The notes under the pieces: generated by a model
Databases searched by the model: none
What the model was told of the DNA's origin: nothing
The model's input: only the letters and a program-made list of their open reading frames with translations
Translations under genes and position numbers: made by a program
Shown here: positions 53,532 to 64,000 of the stretch, piece by piece
Position numbering within the stretch: position 1 is the stretch's first letter
Layout of the letters: each line of letters starts with the position of its first letter
Assembly (NCBI RefSeq): GCF_003334785.1
Contig: NZ_QOWV01000004.1
Source of the DNA: Escherichia coli
GTDB taxonomy: Bacteria > Pseudomonadota > Gammaproteobacteria > Enterobacterales > Enterobacteriaceae
Length of the DNA: 64,000 nucleotides
Reading direction: 5' to 3' (one strand)

Positions 53532-54413
53532 ATGCCTTGGATCCAACTGAAACTGAACACCACCGGCGCGAACGCGGAAGATCTTAGCGATGCGCTGATG
53601 GAAGCGGGTGCCGTTTCTATCACTTTTCAGGATACCCACGATACGCCAGTATTTGAACCGCTGCCGGGCGAAACGCGCCTGTGGGGCGACACCGATGTGA
53701 TTGGTCTGTTCGACGCTGAAACCGATATGAACGACGTGGTGGCGATTCTGGAAAACCATCCGCTGCTCGGCGCAGGCTTCGCGCATAAAATCGAACAACT
53801 AGAAGATAAAGACTGGGAGCGCGAATGGATGGATAATTTCCACCCGATGCGCTTTGGTGAACGACTGTGGATCTGCCCTAGCTGGCGTGATGTGCCGGAC
53901 GAAAACGCCGTCAACGTGATGTTAGATCCAGGGCTGGCGTTTGGTACGGGTACCCATCCAACCACCTCTCTGTGCCTGCAATGGCTCGACAGCCTCGATT
54001 TAACCGGTAAAACAGTCATCGACTTTGGCTGTGGTTCCGGCATTCTGGCGATCGCGGCGCTGAAACTGGGTGCAGCAAAAGCCATTGGTATTGATATCGA
54101 TCCGCAGGCGATTCAGGCCAGCCGCGATAACGCCGAACGTAATGGCGTTTCTGACCGTCTGGAACTCTACTTACCGAAAGATCAGCCAGAAGAAATGAAA
54201 GCCGACGTGGTGGTCGCTAACATCCTTGCAGGCCCATTACGTGAACTGGCACCGTTAATCAGCGTCCTGCCGGTTTCAGGCGGTTTGCTGGGCCTTTCCG
54301 GTATTCTGGCAAGCCAGGCAGAGAGCGTTTGTGAAGCTTATGCCGATAGCTTCGCACTGGACCCGGTCGTGGAAAAAGAAGAGTGGTGCCGTATTACCGG
54401 TCGTAAGAATTAA
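53532..54413 (+). CDS. prmA: Ribosomal protein L11 methyltransferase, 293 aa
   Basis: ORF 53532..54413; SAM-binding DFGCGSGIL. Confidence 0.9.
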
Positions 54414-54673
54414 CCTTCGCATCGCCGTAGGGTGACGCGGGGCGAAGTGCGAGCAAGCTCACAAAAGGCACGTAAATTTGCCGATTATTTACGCAAATTT
54501 GCGTGCCAAAATTTTCATTCATAAAGAAAAATTGAGAACTTACTCAAATTTCTTTGAGTGTAAATTTTAGTCACTATTTTCTAATATGATGATTTTTATG
54601 AGTAATTATCGCACCACGCTCATTTTAAATGCAATTCTTTGATCCATCTCAGAGGATTGGTCAAAGTTTGGCC

Positions 54674-54710
54674 TTTCATCTCGTGCAAAAAATGCGTAAT
54701 ATACGCCGCC
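54674..54710 (+). promoter_or_regulatory. dusB-fis promoter (-35 ttcatc, -10 taatat, GC-rich discriminator gccgcc)
   Basis: ttcatc-N16-taatat-acgccgcc read at 54675..54710; matches the recalled stringently controlled fis promoter. Confidence 0.55.
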
Positions 54711-54741
54711 TTGCAGTCACAGTATGGTCATTTCTTAACTC

Positions 54742-55707
54742 ATGCGCATCGGACAATATCAGCTCAGAAATCGCCTGATCGCAGCGCCCATGGCTGGCAT
54801 TACAGACAGACCTTTTCGGACGTTGTGCTACGAGATGGGAGCCGGATTGACAGTATCCGAGATGATGTCTTCTAACCCACAGGTTTGGGAAAGCGACAAA
54901 TCTCGTTTACGGATGGTGCACATTGATGAACCCGGTATTCGCACCGTGCAAATTGCTGGTAGCGATCCGAAAGAAATGGCAGATGCAGCACGTATTAACG
55001 TGGAAAGCGGTGCCCAGATTATTGATATCAATATGGGTTGCCCGGCTAAAAAAGTGAATCGCAAGCTCGCAGGTTCAGCCCTCTTGCAGTACCCGGATGT
55101 CGTTAAATCGATCCTTACCGAGGTCGTCAATGCAGTGGACGTTCCTGTTACCCTGAAGATTCGCACCGGCTGGGCACCGGAACACCGTAACTGCGAAGAG
55201 ATTGCCCAACTGGCTGAAGACTGTGGCATTCAGGCTCTGACCATTCATGGCCGTACACGCGCCTGTTTGTTCAATGGAGAAGCTGAGTACGACAGTATTC
55301 GGGCAGTTAAGCAGAAAGTTTCCATTCCGGTTATCGCGAATGGCGACATTACTGACCCGCTTAAAGCCAGAGCTGTGCTCGACTATACAGGGGCGGATGC
55401 CCTGATGATAGGCCGCGCAGCTCAGGGAAGACCCTGGATCTTTCGGGAAATCCAGCATTATCTGGACACTGGGGAGTTGCTGCCCCCGCTGCCTTTGGCA
55501 GAGGTTAAGCGCTTGCTTTGCGCGCACGTTCGGGAACTGCATGACTTTTATGGTCCGGCAAAAGGGTACCGAATTGCACGTAAACACGTTTCCTGGTATC
55601 TCCAGGAACACGCTCCAAATGACCAGTTTCGGCGCACATTCAACGCCATTGAGGATGCCAGCGAACAGCTGGAGGCGTTGGAGGCATACTTCGAAAATTT
55701 TGCGTAA
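54742..55707 (+). CDS. dusB: tRNA-dihydrouridine synthase B, 321 aa
   Basis: ORF 54742..55707; co-oriented and immediately upstream of fis. Confidence 0.9.
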   Translation: MRIGQYQLRNRLIAAPMAGITDRPFRTLCYEMGAGLTVSEMMSSNPQVWESDKSRLRMVHIDEPGIRTVQIAGSDPKEMADAARINVESGAQIIDINMGCPAKKVNRKLAGSALLQYPDVVKSILTEVVNAVDVPVTLKIRTGWAPEHRNCEEIAQLAEDCGIQALTIHGRTRACLFNGEAEYDSIRAVKQKVSIPVIANGDITDPLKARAVLDYTGADALMIGRAAQGRPWIFREIQHYLDTGELLPPLPLAEVKRLLCAHVRELHDFYGPAKGYRIARKHVSWYLQEHAPNDQFRRTFNAIEDASEQLEALEAYFENFA

Positions 55708-55732
55708 ACAGAAATAAAGAGCTGACAGAACT

Positions 55733-56029
55733 ATGTTCGAACAACGCGTAAATTCTGACGTACTGACCGTTTCTACCGTTAACTCTCAGGATCAGGTAAC
55801 CCAAAAACCCCTGCGTGACTCGGTTAAACAGGCACTGAAGAACTATTTTGCTCAACTGAATGGTCAGGATGTGAATGACCTCTATGAGCTGGTACTGGCT
55901 GAAGTAGAACAGCCCCTGTTGGACATGGTGATGCAATACACCCGTGGTAACCAGACCCGTGCTGCGCTGATGATGGGCATCAACCGTGGTACGCTGCGTA
56001 AAAAATTGAAAAAATACGGCATGAACTAA
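55733..56029 (+). CDS. fis: Nucleoid protein Fis, 98 aa
   Basis: ORF 55733..56029; C-terminal HTH ...[24 protein letters not shown]. Confidence 0.95.
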
Positions 56030-56054
56030 TTCAGGTTAGCTAAATGCTTGATTA

Positions 56055-56090
56055 AAAAGGCGCTACTCGGCATGGGGAAGCGCCTTTTTT
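56055..56090 (+). terminator. Rho-independent terminator after fis
   Basis: ggcgct ... agcgcc stem followed by six T. Confidence 0.6.
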
Positions 56091-56114
56091 ATAGGTGTCA
56101 CAAAGGGAGTGACC

Positions 56115-56999
56115 ATGAGAACAGGATGTGAACCGACCCGGTTTGGTAATGAAGCTAAGACCATTATTCACGGTGATGCGCTTGCCGAACTTAAAAAGAT
56201 CCCCGCCGAAAGTGTCGATCTGATCTTTGCCGACCCACCATATAACATCGGTAAAAATTTTGATGGTCTGATCGAAGCCTGGAAAGAAGATCTGTTTATC
56301 GACTGGCTGTTTGAAGTGATTGCAGAGTGCCACCGCGTTCTGAAAAAGCAGGGCAGCATGTACATCATGAACAGTACGGAAAACATGCCCTTTATCGATC
56401 TCCAGTGCCGCAAGCTTTTTACCATCAAAAGTCGCATCGTCTGGTCATATGACAGTTCTGGAGTGCAGGCGAAAAAACACTACGGCTCCATGTACGAACC
56501 CATCCTGATGATGGTGAAAGACGCAAAGAACTACACATTCAACGGTGATGCTATTCTGGTAGAAGCCAAAACCGGATCGCAGCGCGCGTTGATCGATTAT
56601 CGCAAAAATCCTCCACAGCCTTACAATCATCAAAAAGTACCGGGTAACGTTTGGGATTTTCCGCGCGTGCGTTATTTGATGGATGAATATGAAAACCACC
56701 CGACGCAAAAACCGGAAGCCTTACTGAAACGCATTATTCTCGCCTCTTCCAACCCAGGCGATATCGTTCTCGACCCGTTTGCTGGTAGCTTTACTACCGG
56801 TGCCGTAGCCATCGCCAGCGGACGAAAATTCATTGGTATTGAGATCAACAGCGAGTACATCAAAATGGGGCTTCGACGGCTGGATGTCGCGTCGCATTAC
56901 TCTGCGGAAGAACTGGCGAAAGTGAAAAAAAGAAAGACCGGCAACCTGTCAAAACGAAGCCGGTTAAGCGAAGTTGACCCCGATCTCATTACAAAGTAA
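56115..56999 (+). CDS. yhdJ: Orphan DNA N6-adenine methyltransferase, 294 aa
   Basis: ORF 56109..56999 (GTG); ATG at 56115; DPPY motif (IFADPPYNIG) precedes FxGxG-like motif (FAGSFTTG), i.e. beta-class permuted order. Confidence 0.85.
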   Translation: MRTGCEPTRFGNEAKTIIHGDALAELKKIPAESVDLIFADPPYNIGKNFDGLIEAWKEDLFIDWLFEVIAECHRVLKKQGSMYIMNSTENMPFIDLQCRKLFTIKSRIVWSYDSSGVQAKKHYGSMYEPILMMVKDAKNYTFNGDAILVEAKTGSQRALIDYRKNPPQPYNHQKVPGNVWDFPRVRYLMDEYENHPTQKPEALLKRIILASSNPGDIVLDPFAGSFTTGAVAIASGRKFIGIEINSEYIKMGLRRLDVASHYSAEELAKVKKRKTGNLSKRSRLSEVDPDLITK

Positions 57000-57082
57000 A
57001 GGATGTGTAAGCCTGGTTTTCAGATTATTCATTTCGTGTATATTTCCTGCCAGACTTGGTTAAACATGCACAGGCTCAGGTA

Positions 57083-57262
57083 ATGATTCGCAAGTATTGG
57101 TGGCTCGTCGTTTTCGCTGTCTTCGTTTTTCTGTTTGATACTTTACTGATGCAGTGGATTGAACTGCTGGCAACAGAAACAGACAAATGCCGCAATATGA
57201 ACTCAGTTAATCCACTAAAACTGGTTAACTGTGACGAACTGAATTTTCAGGACAGAATGTGA
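57083..57262 (+). CDS. yhdU: Small membrane protein YhdU, 59 aa
   Basis: ORF 57056..57262; start trimmed to ATG at 57083 (MIRKYWWLVVFAVFVF...). Confidence 0.6.
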   Translation: MIRKYWWLVVFAVFVFLFDTLLMQWIELLATETDKCRNMNSVNPLKLVNCDELNFQDRM

Positions 57263-57264
57263 AT

Positions 57265-57927
57265 TTACATGACACTTAATTCATTCGTTTGATGAATTAA
57301 TTTCGTTATGTTTTCATCTGGCATGAACATTCTTAATACGTTATCGACCAGAGCGGGGGCTTGTTTATAAAGATCATAACCCGCCATATTCATTAACCAG
57401 TTTTGAACAATTCCGCTGAAGGCACCATCAATAATAATCATCACAACATCTAAATCGAGGTTATTTGCTACACAACCTTGTTGCTGACACGCCTGCAATA
57501 CTTCGCGGAGAGTCTGCGGATTAAAGCCCATCTTTTCGCGTATCACTCCCTCGGCCAGCATCTCATCATTAAATTCACATTTGTGATATAAGATTTTCAG
57601 CAACGCCTGCTGGCGGGGAATTTTGGCAATATATTGCAAGCCGACAATCAATTTTTCACGCAATTGTTGAAACGGGTCATGCTCTAATCCAGCCGTCAAG
57701 TGTTCCTGGATTAACTCCCGCAATGAAGGCTGTTGCAACCACATCTCATTAAACAGTTGAGTCTTGTTTTCGAAGTGCCAGTAGATAGCGCCACGCGTAA
57801 CGTTAGCGGCGTCGGCAATGTCGTTGAGCGTCGTCTTGCTTACGCCATGCTGCGCAAACTGGGCGATGGCAGTTTCAATCAGTTCTTGCCGGGTCTTCAG
57901 AGCTTCGGCTTTGGTTCTTTTTGCCAT
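57265..57927 (-). CDS. acrS: TetR-family repressor AcrS (EnvR), 220 aa
   Basis: ORF 57265..57927 minus; divergent from acrEF; N-terminal TetR HTH. Confidence 0.9.
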   Translation of the reverse strand: MAKRTKAEALKTRQELIETAIAQFAQHGVSKTTLNDIADAANVTRGAIYWHFENKTQLFNEMWLQQPSLRELIQEHLTAGLEHDPFQQLREKLIVGLQYIAKIPRQQALLKILYHKCEFNDEMLAEGVIREKMGFNPQTLREVLQACQQQGCVANNLDLDVVMIIIDGAFSGIVQNWLMNMAGYDLYKQAPALVDNVLRMFMPDENITKLIHQTNELSVM

Positions 57928-58325
57928 GATTAATTATTCAGGAAATAAATATATTCGACACAGAGTGAGAAAATAGCGAAGGTTAATCTATCACCTAATG
58001 TGTATTTATACGAGAGGCTAATATTGAGTTGCTATAAATCGTTAAATAAATAATATATATTATTTACCTAAGATACATTCACTACATCAATATATATTTC
58101 AATTTACGAGGTTTTAATTCTGCCTCTTTCAACCCGCGTCAAAATAAAACAGTAGAATATTAATCTTTTTTTGTGTTTATGTGCCTTGAGATGCCTGTAT
58201 TCATAACTATTCCTTACATCGACGAATGATAATTTGTAGGATAGCGAACTGTATTTTTCTTTCTGCGAGTTAACGCGTTGCCTTTTTGGGTAAATAACGC
58301 GCTTTTGGTTTTTTGAGGAATAGTA

Positions 58326-59483
58326 ATGACGAAACATGCCAGGTTTTTCCTCCTGCCCTCCTTTATTCTGATCTCCGCGGCTTTAATCGCCGGTTGTAAC
58401 GATAAGGGAGAAGAGAAAGCTCACGTCGGTGAACCGCAGGTTACCGTTCATATTGTAAAAACGGCCCCGTTAGAAGTTAAGACTGAATTACCAGGCCGCA
58501 CCAATGCTTATCGTATAGCCGAAGTTCGCCCACAGGTTAGCGGGATCGTACTGAATCGCAATTTCACTGAAGGCAGCGATGTGCAAGCAGGCCAGTCCCT
58601 GTACCAGATCGATCCCGCGACCTATCAGGCAAATTATGACAGCGCGAAAGGCGAACTGGCGAAAAGTGAAGCCGCCGCCGCCATCGCGCATTTGACGGTA
58701 AAACGTTACGTTCCGCTCGTGGGTACGAAATACATCAGCCAGCAGGAGTACGACCAGGCCATTGCTGATGCTCGTCAGGCCGATGCCGCCGTGATTGCCG
58801 CAAAAGCCACAGTCGAAAGCGCTCGCATCAATCTTGCTTATACCAAAGTCACTGCGCCAATTAGCGGACGTATCGGCAAATCGACTGTGACCGAAGGCGC
58901 TCTTGTCACTAATGGGCAAACGACTGAACTGGCGACTGTCCAGCAGCTCGATCCTATCTACGTTGATGTGACCCAATCCAGCAACGATTTTATGAGGCTG
59001 AAGCAATCCGTAGAGCAAGGAAATTTGCATAAGGAAAACGCCACCAGCAACGTAGAGTTGGTCATGGAAAACGGTCAAACCTATCCCCTGAAAGGTACGC
59101 TGCAATTCTCCGATGTGACCGTTGATGAAAGCACCGGCTCCATAACCCTACGTGCTGTCTTCCCTAACCCGCAACATACGCTTTTGCCGGGTATGTTTGT
59201 GCGTGCACGGATTGATGAAGGCGTCCAACCTGACGCCATTCTTATCCCGCAACAAGGCGTTAGCCGCACACCGCGTGGTGATGCAACCGTGCTGATTGTT
59301 AACGATAAAAGTCAGGTTGAAGCGCGCCCTGTCGTTGCCAGTCAGGCGATTGGCGATAAATGGTTGATTAGTGAAGGACTGAAATCTGGCGATCAAGTCA
59401 TTGTCAGCGGCCTGCAAAAAGCGCGTCCGGGAGAGCAGGTTAAAGCCACTACCGATACCCCCGCAGATACTGCATCGAAGTAA
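58326..59483 (+). CDS. acrE: RND efflux membrane-fusion lipoprotein AcrE, 385 aa
   Basis: ORF 58326..59483; lipobox ...AGC. Confidence 0.9.
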   Translation: MTKHARFFLLPSFILISAALIAGCNDKGEEKAHVGEPQVTVHIVKTAPLEVKTELPGRTNAYRIAEVRPQVSGIVLNRNFTEGSDVQAGQSLYQIDPATYQANYDSAKGELAKSEAAAAIAHLTVKRYVPLVGTKYISQQEYDQAIADARQADAAVIAAKATVESARINLAYTKVTAPISGRIGKSTVTEGALVTNGQTTELATVQQLDPIYVDVTQSSNDFMRLKQSVEQGNLHKENATSNVELVMENGQTYPLKGTLQFSDVTVDESTGSITLRAVFPNPQHTLLPGMFVRARIDEGVQPDAILIPQQGVSRTPRGDATVLIVNDKSQVEARPVVASQAIGDKWLISEGLKSGDQVIVSGLQKARPGEQVKATTDTPADTASK

Positions 59484-59494
59484 GGTAATCTGAC

Positions 59495-62400
59495 ATGGCA
59501 AACTTTTTTATTCGACGACCGATATTTGCATGGGTGCTGGCCATTATTCTGATGATGGCGGGCGCACTGGCGATCCTACAATTGCCCGTCGCTCAGTATC
59601 CAACAATTGCACCGCCTGCGGTTTCTGTTTCAGCAAACTATCCGGGCGCTGATGCGCAGACCGTGCAGGATACGGTGACGCAGGTTATCGAACAGAATAT
59701 GAACGGTATCGATAACCTGATGTATATGTCCTCCACCAGCGATTCCGCCGGTAGCGTGACAATTACCCTTACCTTCCAGTCCGGGACCGATCCTGATATC
59801 GCGCAAGTGCAGGTGCAGAACAAACTCCAGCTCGCCACGCCGTTGCTGCCGCAGGAGGTTCAGCAGCAGGGGATCAGTGTTGAAAAGTCCAGTAGCAGCT
59901 ATTTGATGGTGGCGGGCTTTGTCTCTGATAACCCAGGCACCACACAGGACGATATCTCGGACTATGTGGCCTCTAACGTTAAAGATACGCTTAGCCGTCT
60001 GAATGGCGTCGGTGACGTACAGCTTTTCGGCGCACAGTATGCGATGCGTATCTGGCTGGATGCCGATCTGCTAAACAAATATAAACTGACACCGGTTGAT
60101 GTGATTAACCAGTTGAAGGTACAGAACGATCAGATCGCTGCCGGACAGTTGGGCGGAACGCCAGCGTTACCAGGGCAACAATTGAACGCCTCGATTATTG
60201 CTCAGACGCGGTTTAAAAATCCGGAAGAATTCGGCAAAGTGACCCTGCGCGTAAACAGTGACGGCTCGGTGGTACGCCTGAAAGATGTCGCACGGGTTGA
60301 ACTTGGCGGTGAAAACTATAACGTTATCGCTCGTATCAACGGAAAACCGGCGGCGGGCCTGGGGATTAAGCTGGCAACCGGCGCGAATGCTCTCGATACC
60401 GCGAAAGCCATTAAGGCAAAACTGGCGGAATTACAGCCATTCTTCCCGCAGGGAATGAAGGTTCTCTACCCTTATGACACCACGCCATTCGTCCAGCTTT
60501 CTATTCACGAAGTGGTAAAAACGCTGTTCGAAGCCATTATGCTGGTGTTCCTGGTGATGTATCTGTTCTTGCAGAATATGCGAGCAACGCTGATCCCCAC
60601 CATTGCGGTACCCGTGGTGTTGTTAGGGACGTTTGCCATCCTCGCCGCTTTTGGTTACTCCATCAACACACTAACGATGTTCGGGATGGTGCTTGCCATC
60701 GGGCTGCTCGTCGATGATGCGATAGTGGTGGTGGAGAACGTCGAGCGCGTGATGATGGAGGATAAGCTCCCGCCAAAAGAAGCGACGGAAAAATCGATGT
60801 CGCAAATTCAGGGCGCACTGGTGGGTATCGCGATGGTGCTGTCAGCGGTATTTATTCCGATGGCATTCTTCGGCGGTTCTACTGGGGCAATTTATCGCCA
60901 GTTCTCTATCACCATCGTTTCGGCAATGGCGCTTTCTGTTCTGGTGGCATTGATTCTTACCCCTGCGTTATGTGCAACGCTGCTTAAACCCGTCTCTGCT
61001 GAGCATCACGAAAATAAGGGCGGTTTCTTCGGTTGGTTTAATACCACCTTCGATCATAGCGTTAACCACTACACCAACAGCGTCGGCAAAATCCTCGGAT
61101 CCACAGGACGATATTTACTGATCTATGCGCTGATTGTTGCAGGAATGGTGGTGTTGTTTTTACGTCTTCCGTCTTCCTTCTTACCTGAAGAGGATCAGGG
61201 TGTCTTTCTGACCATGATTCAGTTACCCGCTGGCGCGACGCAAGAGCGGACGCAAAAAGTGTTGGATCAAGTTACGGATTACTATCTGAAGAACGAGAAA
61301 GCGAACGTTGAAAGTGTCTTTACGGTTAACGGCTTTAGCTTCAGCGGCCAGGCACAAAACGCCGGTATGGCCTTCGTCAGTCTGAAACCGTGGGAAGAGC
61401 GTAATGGTGACGAAAACAGTGCGGAAGCGGTAATCCATCGTGCCAAAATGGAATTGGGCAAGATCCGCGACGGTTTTGTCATTCCATTCAATATGCCAGC
61501 CATTGTTGAACTGGGCACGGCAACGGGTTTCGACTTTGAGTTAATTGATCAGGCTGGGCTGGGTCACGATGCCCTAACCCAGGCCCGTAACCAGTTGCTT
61601 GGTATGGCGGCGCAACATCCTGCCAGCTTAGTCAGCGTGCGCCCTAATGGCCTGGAAGACACCGCGCAGTTTAAACTGGAAGTTGACCAGGAAAAGGCGC
61701 AGGCATTAGGTGTTTCACTTTCTGACATCAATCAGACCATTTCAACGGCGCTGGGTGGGACTTACGTTAACGACTTCATCGACCGTGGTCGCGTGAAAAA
61801 GTTGTATGTTCAGGCGGATGCCAAATTCCGTATGCTGCCAGAAGATGTCGATAAACTTTATGTCCGCAGCGCCAACGGCGAAATGGTGCCATTCTCGGCC
61901 TTTACCACTTCACATTGGGTGTATGGCTCTCCGCGACTGGAACGCTACAACGGTCTGCCGTCAATGGAGATTCAGGGGGAAGCCGCGCCAGGAACCAGTT
62001 CCGGCGATGCCATGGCGTTGATGGAAAACCTTGCGTCAAAATTACCTGCGGGCATTGGTTATGACTGGACGGGTATGTCGTATCAGGAACGCTTATCGGG
62101 AAACCAGGCTCCCGCTCTGGTAGCAATTTCCTTTGTGGTTGTTTTCCTGTGCCTTGCTGCACTCTATGAAAGCTGGTCAATTCCTGTCTCGGTTATGTTG
62201 GTAGTGCCGTTAGGGATTGTCGGCGTGCTGCTGGCGGCGACACTCTTTAATCAAAAAAATGACGTCTACTTTATGGTGGGCTTGCTAACGACAATTGGCT
62301 TGTCGGCCAAAAACGCTATTTTGATCGTTGAGTTCGCTAAAGATCTCATGGAGAAAGAGGGTAAAGGTGTTGTTGAAGCGACACTGATGGCAGTACGTAT

Positions 62401-62599
62401 GCGTCTGCGTCCTATCCTGATGACCTCTCTCGCCTTTATTCTCGGCGTATTACCGCTAGCTATCAGTAACGGTGCCGGCAGTGGCGCGCAGAACGCTGTG
62501 GGTATCGGGGTAATGGGAGGAATGGTCTCTGCAACGTTGCTGGCAATCTTCTTCGTACCGGTGTTCTTTGTGGTGATCCGCCGTTGCTTTAAAGGATAA
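59495..62599 (+). CDS. acrF: RND multidrug efflux transporter AcrF, 1034 aa
   Basis: ORF 59495..62599; [19 protein letters not shown]... N-terminus typical of AcrB/AcrF. Confidence 0.95.
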   Translation: MANFFIRRPIFAWVLAIILMMAGALAILQLPVAQYPTIAPPAVSVSANYPGADAQTVQDTVTQVIEQNMNGIDNLMYMSSTSDSAGSVTITLTFQSGTDPDIAQVQVQNKLQLATPLLPQEVQQQGISVEKSSSSYLMVAGFVSDNPGTTQDDISDYVASNVKDTLSRLNGVGDVQLFGAQYAMRIWLDADLLNKYKLTPVDVINQLKVQNDQIAAGQLGGTPALPGQQLNASIIAQTRFKNPEEFGKVTLRVNSDGSVVRLKDVARVELGGENYNVIARINGKPAAGLGIKLATGANALDTAKAIKAKLAELQPFFPQGMKVLYPYDTTPFVQLSIHEVVKTLFEAIMLVFLVMYLFLQNMRATLIPTIAVPVVLLGTFAILAAFGYSINTLTMFGMVLAIGLLVDDAIVVVENVERVMMEDKLPPKEATEKSMSQIQGALVGIAMVLSAVFIPMAFFGGSTGAIYRQFSITIVSAMALSVLVALILTPALCATLLKPVSAEHHENKGGFFGWFNTTFDHSVNHYTNSVGKILGSTGRYLLIYALIVAGMVVLFLRLPSSFLPEEDQGVFLTMIQLPAGATQERTQKVLDQVTDYYLKNEKANVESVFTVNGFSFSGQAQNAGMAFVSLKPWEERNGDENSAEAVIHRAKMELGKIRDGFVIPFNMPAIVELGTATGFDFELIDQAGLGHDALTQARNQLLGMAAQHPASLVSVRPNGLEDTAQFKLEVDQEKAQALGVSLSDINQTISTALGGTYVNDFIDRGRVKKLYVQADAKFRMLPEDVDKLYVRSANGEMVPFSAFTTSHWVYGSPRLERYNGLPSMEIQGEAAPGTSSGDAMALMENLASKLPAGIGYDWTGMSYQERLSGNQAPALVAISFVVVFLCLAALYESWSIPVSVMLVVPLGIVGVLLAATLFNQKNDVYFMVGLLTTIGLSAKNAILIVEFAKDLMEKEGKGVVEATLMAVRMRLRPILMTSLAFILGVLPLAISNGAGSGAQNAVGIGVMGGMVSATLLAIFFVPVFFVVIRRCFKG

Positions 62600-62610
62600 A
62601 TCAGAAACAT

Positions 62611-62640
62611 AAAGGCGCTTTCGGGTGCCTTTATTATTTC
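62611..62640 (+). terminator. Putative terminator after acrF
   Basis: aaaggcgc-tttcgg-gtgccttt followed by T-rich run. Confidence 0.45.
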
Positions 62641-62851
62641 CAGTGAAACCCATAAAAATTAATAAGATATTCTTCTGCTCACTCTTTAAAAGCTTTCTAT
62701 AGTTCCCGCTCCCTTCACTATTTTTACAATTCACATAATTTGTCATTATTCATTCCGCAAGATTTATAACCTCCGGTGATAAAATGGCATTCAGCTCGTT
62801 AATAAGAGAGTTAACTTATTAAGCGTTAGCGTTTATTACTGAGGTAACACC

Positions 62852-63073
62852 ATGAAAAGATTAATTCCTGTGGCATTGCTCACCGCATTGCTGGCGGGCT
62901 GTGCTCACGATTCGCCCTGCGTTCCGGTTTATGACGATCAGGGTCGTCTGGTTCACACCAATACCTGTATGAAAGGCACGACTCAGGATAACTGGGAAAC
63001 GGCTGGGGCTATTGCCGGCGGGGCAGCTGCTGTTGCTGGCCTGACGATGGGGATCATCGCTCTATCGAAATAA
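62852..63073 (+). CDS. yhdV: Small lipoprotein YhdV, 73 aa
   Basis: ORF 62852..63073; lipobox LLAGC; Gly/Ala-rich C-terminus. Confidence 0.7.
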   Translation: MKRLIPVALLTALLAGCAHDSPCVPVYDDQGRLVHTNTCMKGTTQDNWETAGAIAGGAAAVAGLTMGIIALSK

Positions 63074-63081
63074 CTGAACAG

Positions 63082-63107
63082 GGCGCGGAGTTCCGCGCTC
63101 TTTTTAA
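63082..63107 (+). terminator. Rho-independent terminator after yhdV
   Basis: gcgcgg-agtt-ccgcgc then tcttttt. Confidence 0.5.
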
Positions 63108-63503
63108 CGATACAGTATCTCTCCATAAGATAAAATATTGCTATATTCTGCTGGGTAATTCCCTGCTGATTTAGCATGTTACATCGCGTTATTTCGCTGC
63201 TTTCGAAATAACGCATCAATTTAATTTTCACACTTCCCACCAGAAATATACTCACGCTAACAATCATTATTCTGCTTAGTAAAACACGCGTAAATATTTT
63301 GCGCCAAAATGTGGCGCATGTTTCATTTTCGCACCATTGCGGGGCGCTGTTTTTATTATTTCCTGTCTACACTCAGCTTATTGCGACGCGAAATCGTGCG
63401 CAAAAGCTGGCACTACTTTTGCTTATAAGAGGATGGCCACAGACAGGTAAAAGACGTTTCCCAAACGTCCTATAACGATAATTTTCGCCTCACAGGAAGC
63501 ATT

Positions 63504-64000
63504 ATGAAAAAGATGATGATAGCCACACTGGCTGCCGCCAGCGTGCTGCTTGCCGTTGCAAATCAGGCGCATGCTGGCGCGACGCTTGATGCCGTTCAGA
63601 AAAAAGGTTTTGTGCAATGCGGGATCAGTGATGGATTACCTGGGTTCTCTTATGCCGATGCTGACGGTAAGTTTTCAGGTATTGATGTTGATATTTGTCG
63701 TGGTGTTGCCGCTGCTGTATTTGGTGACGACACGAAAGTGAAATATACCCCGCTCACTGCAAAAGAACGCTTCACCGCTTTACAGTCAGGGGAGGTGGAT
63801 TTGCTCTCCCGTAATACGACCTGGACTTCATCTCGCGATGCCGGGATGGGAATGGCATTTACCGGCGTCACTTATTACGACGGCATTGGCTTCCTGACGC
63901 ACGATAAAGCGGGGCTAAAAAGCGCGAAAGAACTGGATGGCGCTACCGTCTGTATTCAGGCGGGTACTGATACCGAACTCAACGTCGCCGACTACTTCAA
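63504..64000 (+). CDS. yhdW: Periplasmic amino-acid ABC transporter substrate-binding protein, 5' partial (runs off window)
   Basis: ATG at 63504 (MKKMMIATLAAASVLLAVANQAHA...) open to window end; absent from ORF track because no stop is reached. Confidence 0.75.
   Translation, partial: MKKMMIATLAAASVLLAVANQAHAGATLDAVQKKGFVQCGISDGLPGFSYADADGKFSGIDVDICRGVAAAVFGDDTKVKYTPLTAKERFTALQSGEVDLLSRNTTWTSSRDAGMGMAFTGVTYYDGIGFLTHDKAGLKSAKELDGATVCIQAGTDTELNVADYF

Noticed and set aside
58104-58337. 77-aa minus-strand ORF in the acrS-acrE spacer
   Set aside because: Lys/Tyr/Ser-rich translation of AT-rich promoter DNA; overlaps the acrE ribosome-binding region.

Overview
This window reads as a contiguous stretch of Escherichia coli core chromosome with K-12-like gene order (the gltBD to acrEF region), and I did not find a convincing novel system in it. 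All identifications rest on reading the supplied ORF translations and raw sequence and on recalled protein sequences and motifs; no database search or alignment was run. Gene order on the window: gltB-gltD, a low-GC chaperone-usher block (gltF-yhcA-yhcD-yhcE-yhcF), yhcG, the sialic-acid operon (yhcH-nanK-nanE-nanT-nanA, minus strand) with nanR, dcuD, sspB-sspA, rpsI-rplM, zapE, yhcB, degQ-degS, mdh, argR, yhcN, yhcO, aaeBAX with aaeR, tldD, a REP/BIME cluster, yhdP, rng-yhdE-mreDCB, csrD, acuI, accBC, yhdT-panF-prmA, dusB-fis, yhdJ, yhdU, acrS, acrEF, yhdV and the 5' end of yhdW. Several ORF-track entries carry N-terminal extensions (some from GTG/TTG starts); I trimmed these to the ATG matching the conserved N-terminus. 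I saw no rRNA, tRNA, CRISPR array, insertion sequence or prophage. The most unusual sequence-level signal is a family of 25-33 bp palindromes (core GCAGAC-N1-3-GTCTGC, often with GAATTC-like flanks): three tandem in-frame copies sit inside yhcG, one lies just after yhcG and one just after gltD, so the outer copies bracket the fimbrial-like block plus yhcG. YhcG itself, a PD-(D/E)xK nuclease-fold protein, is the best candidate for a poorly described function here, but that is inference only.
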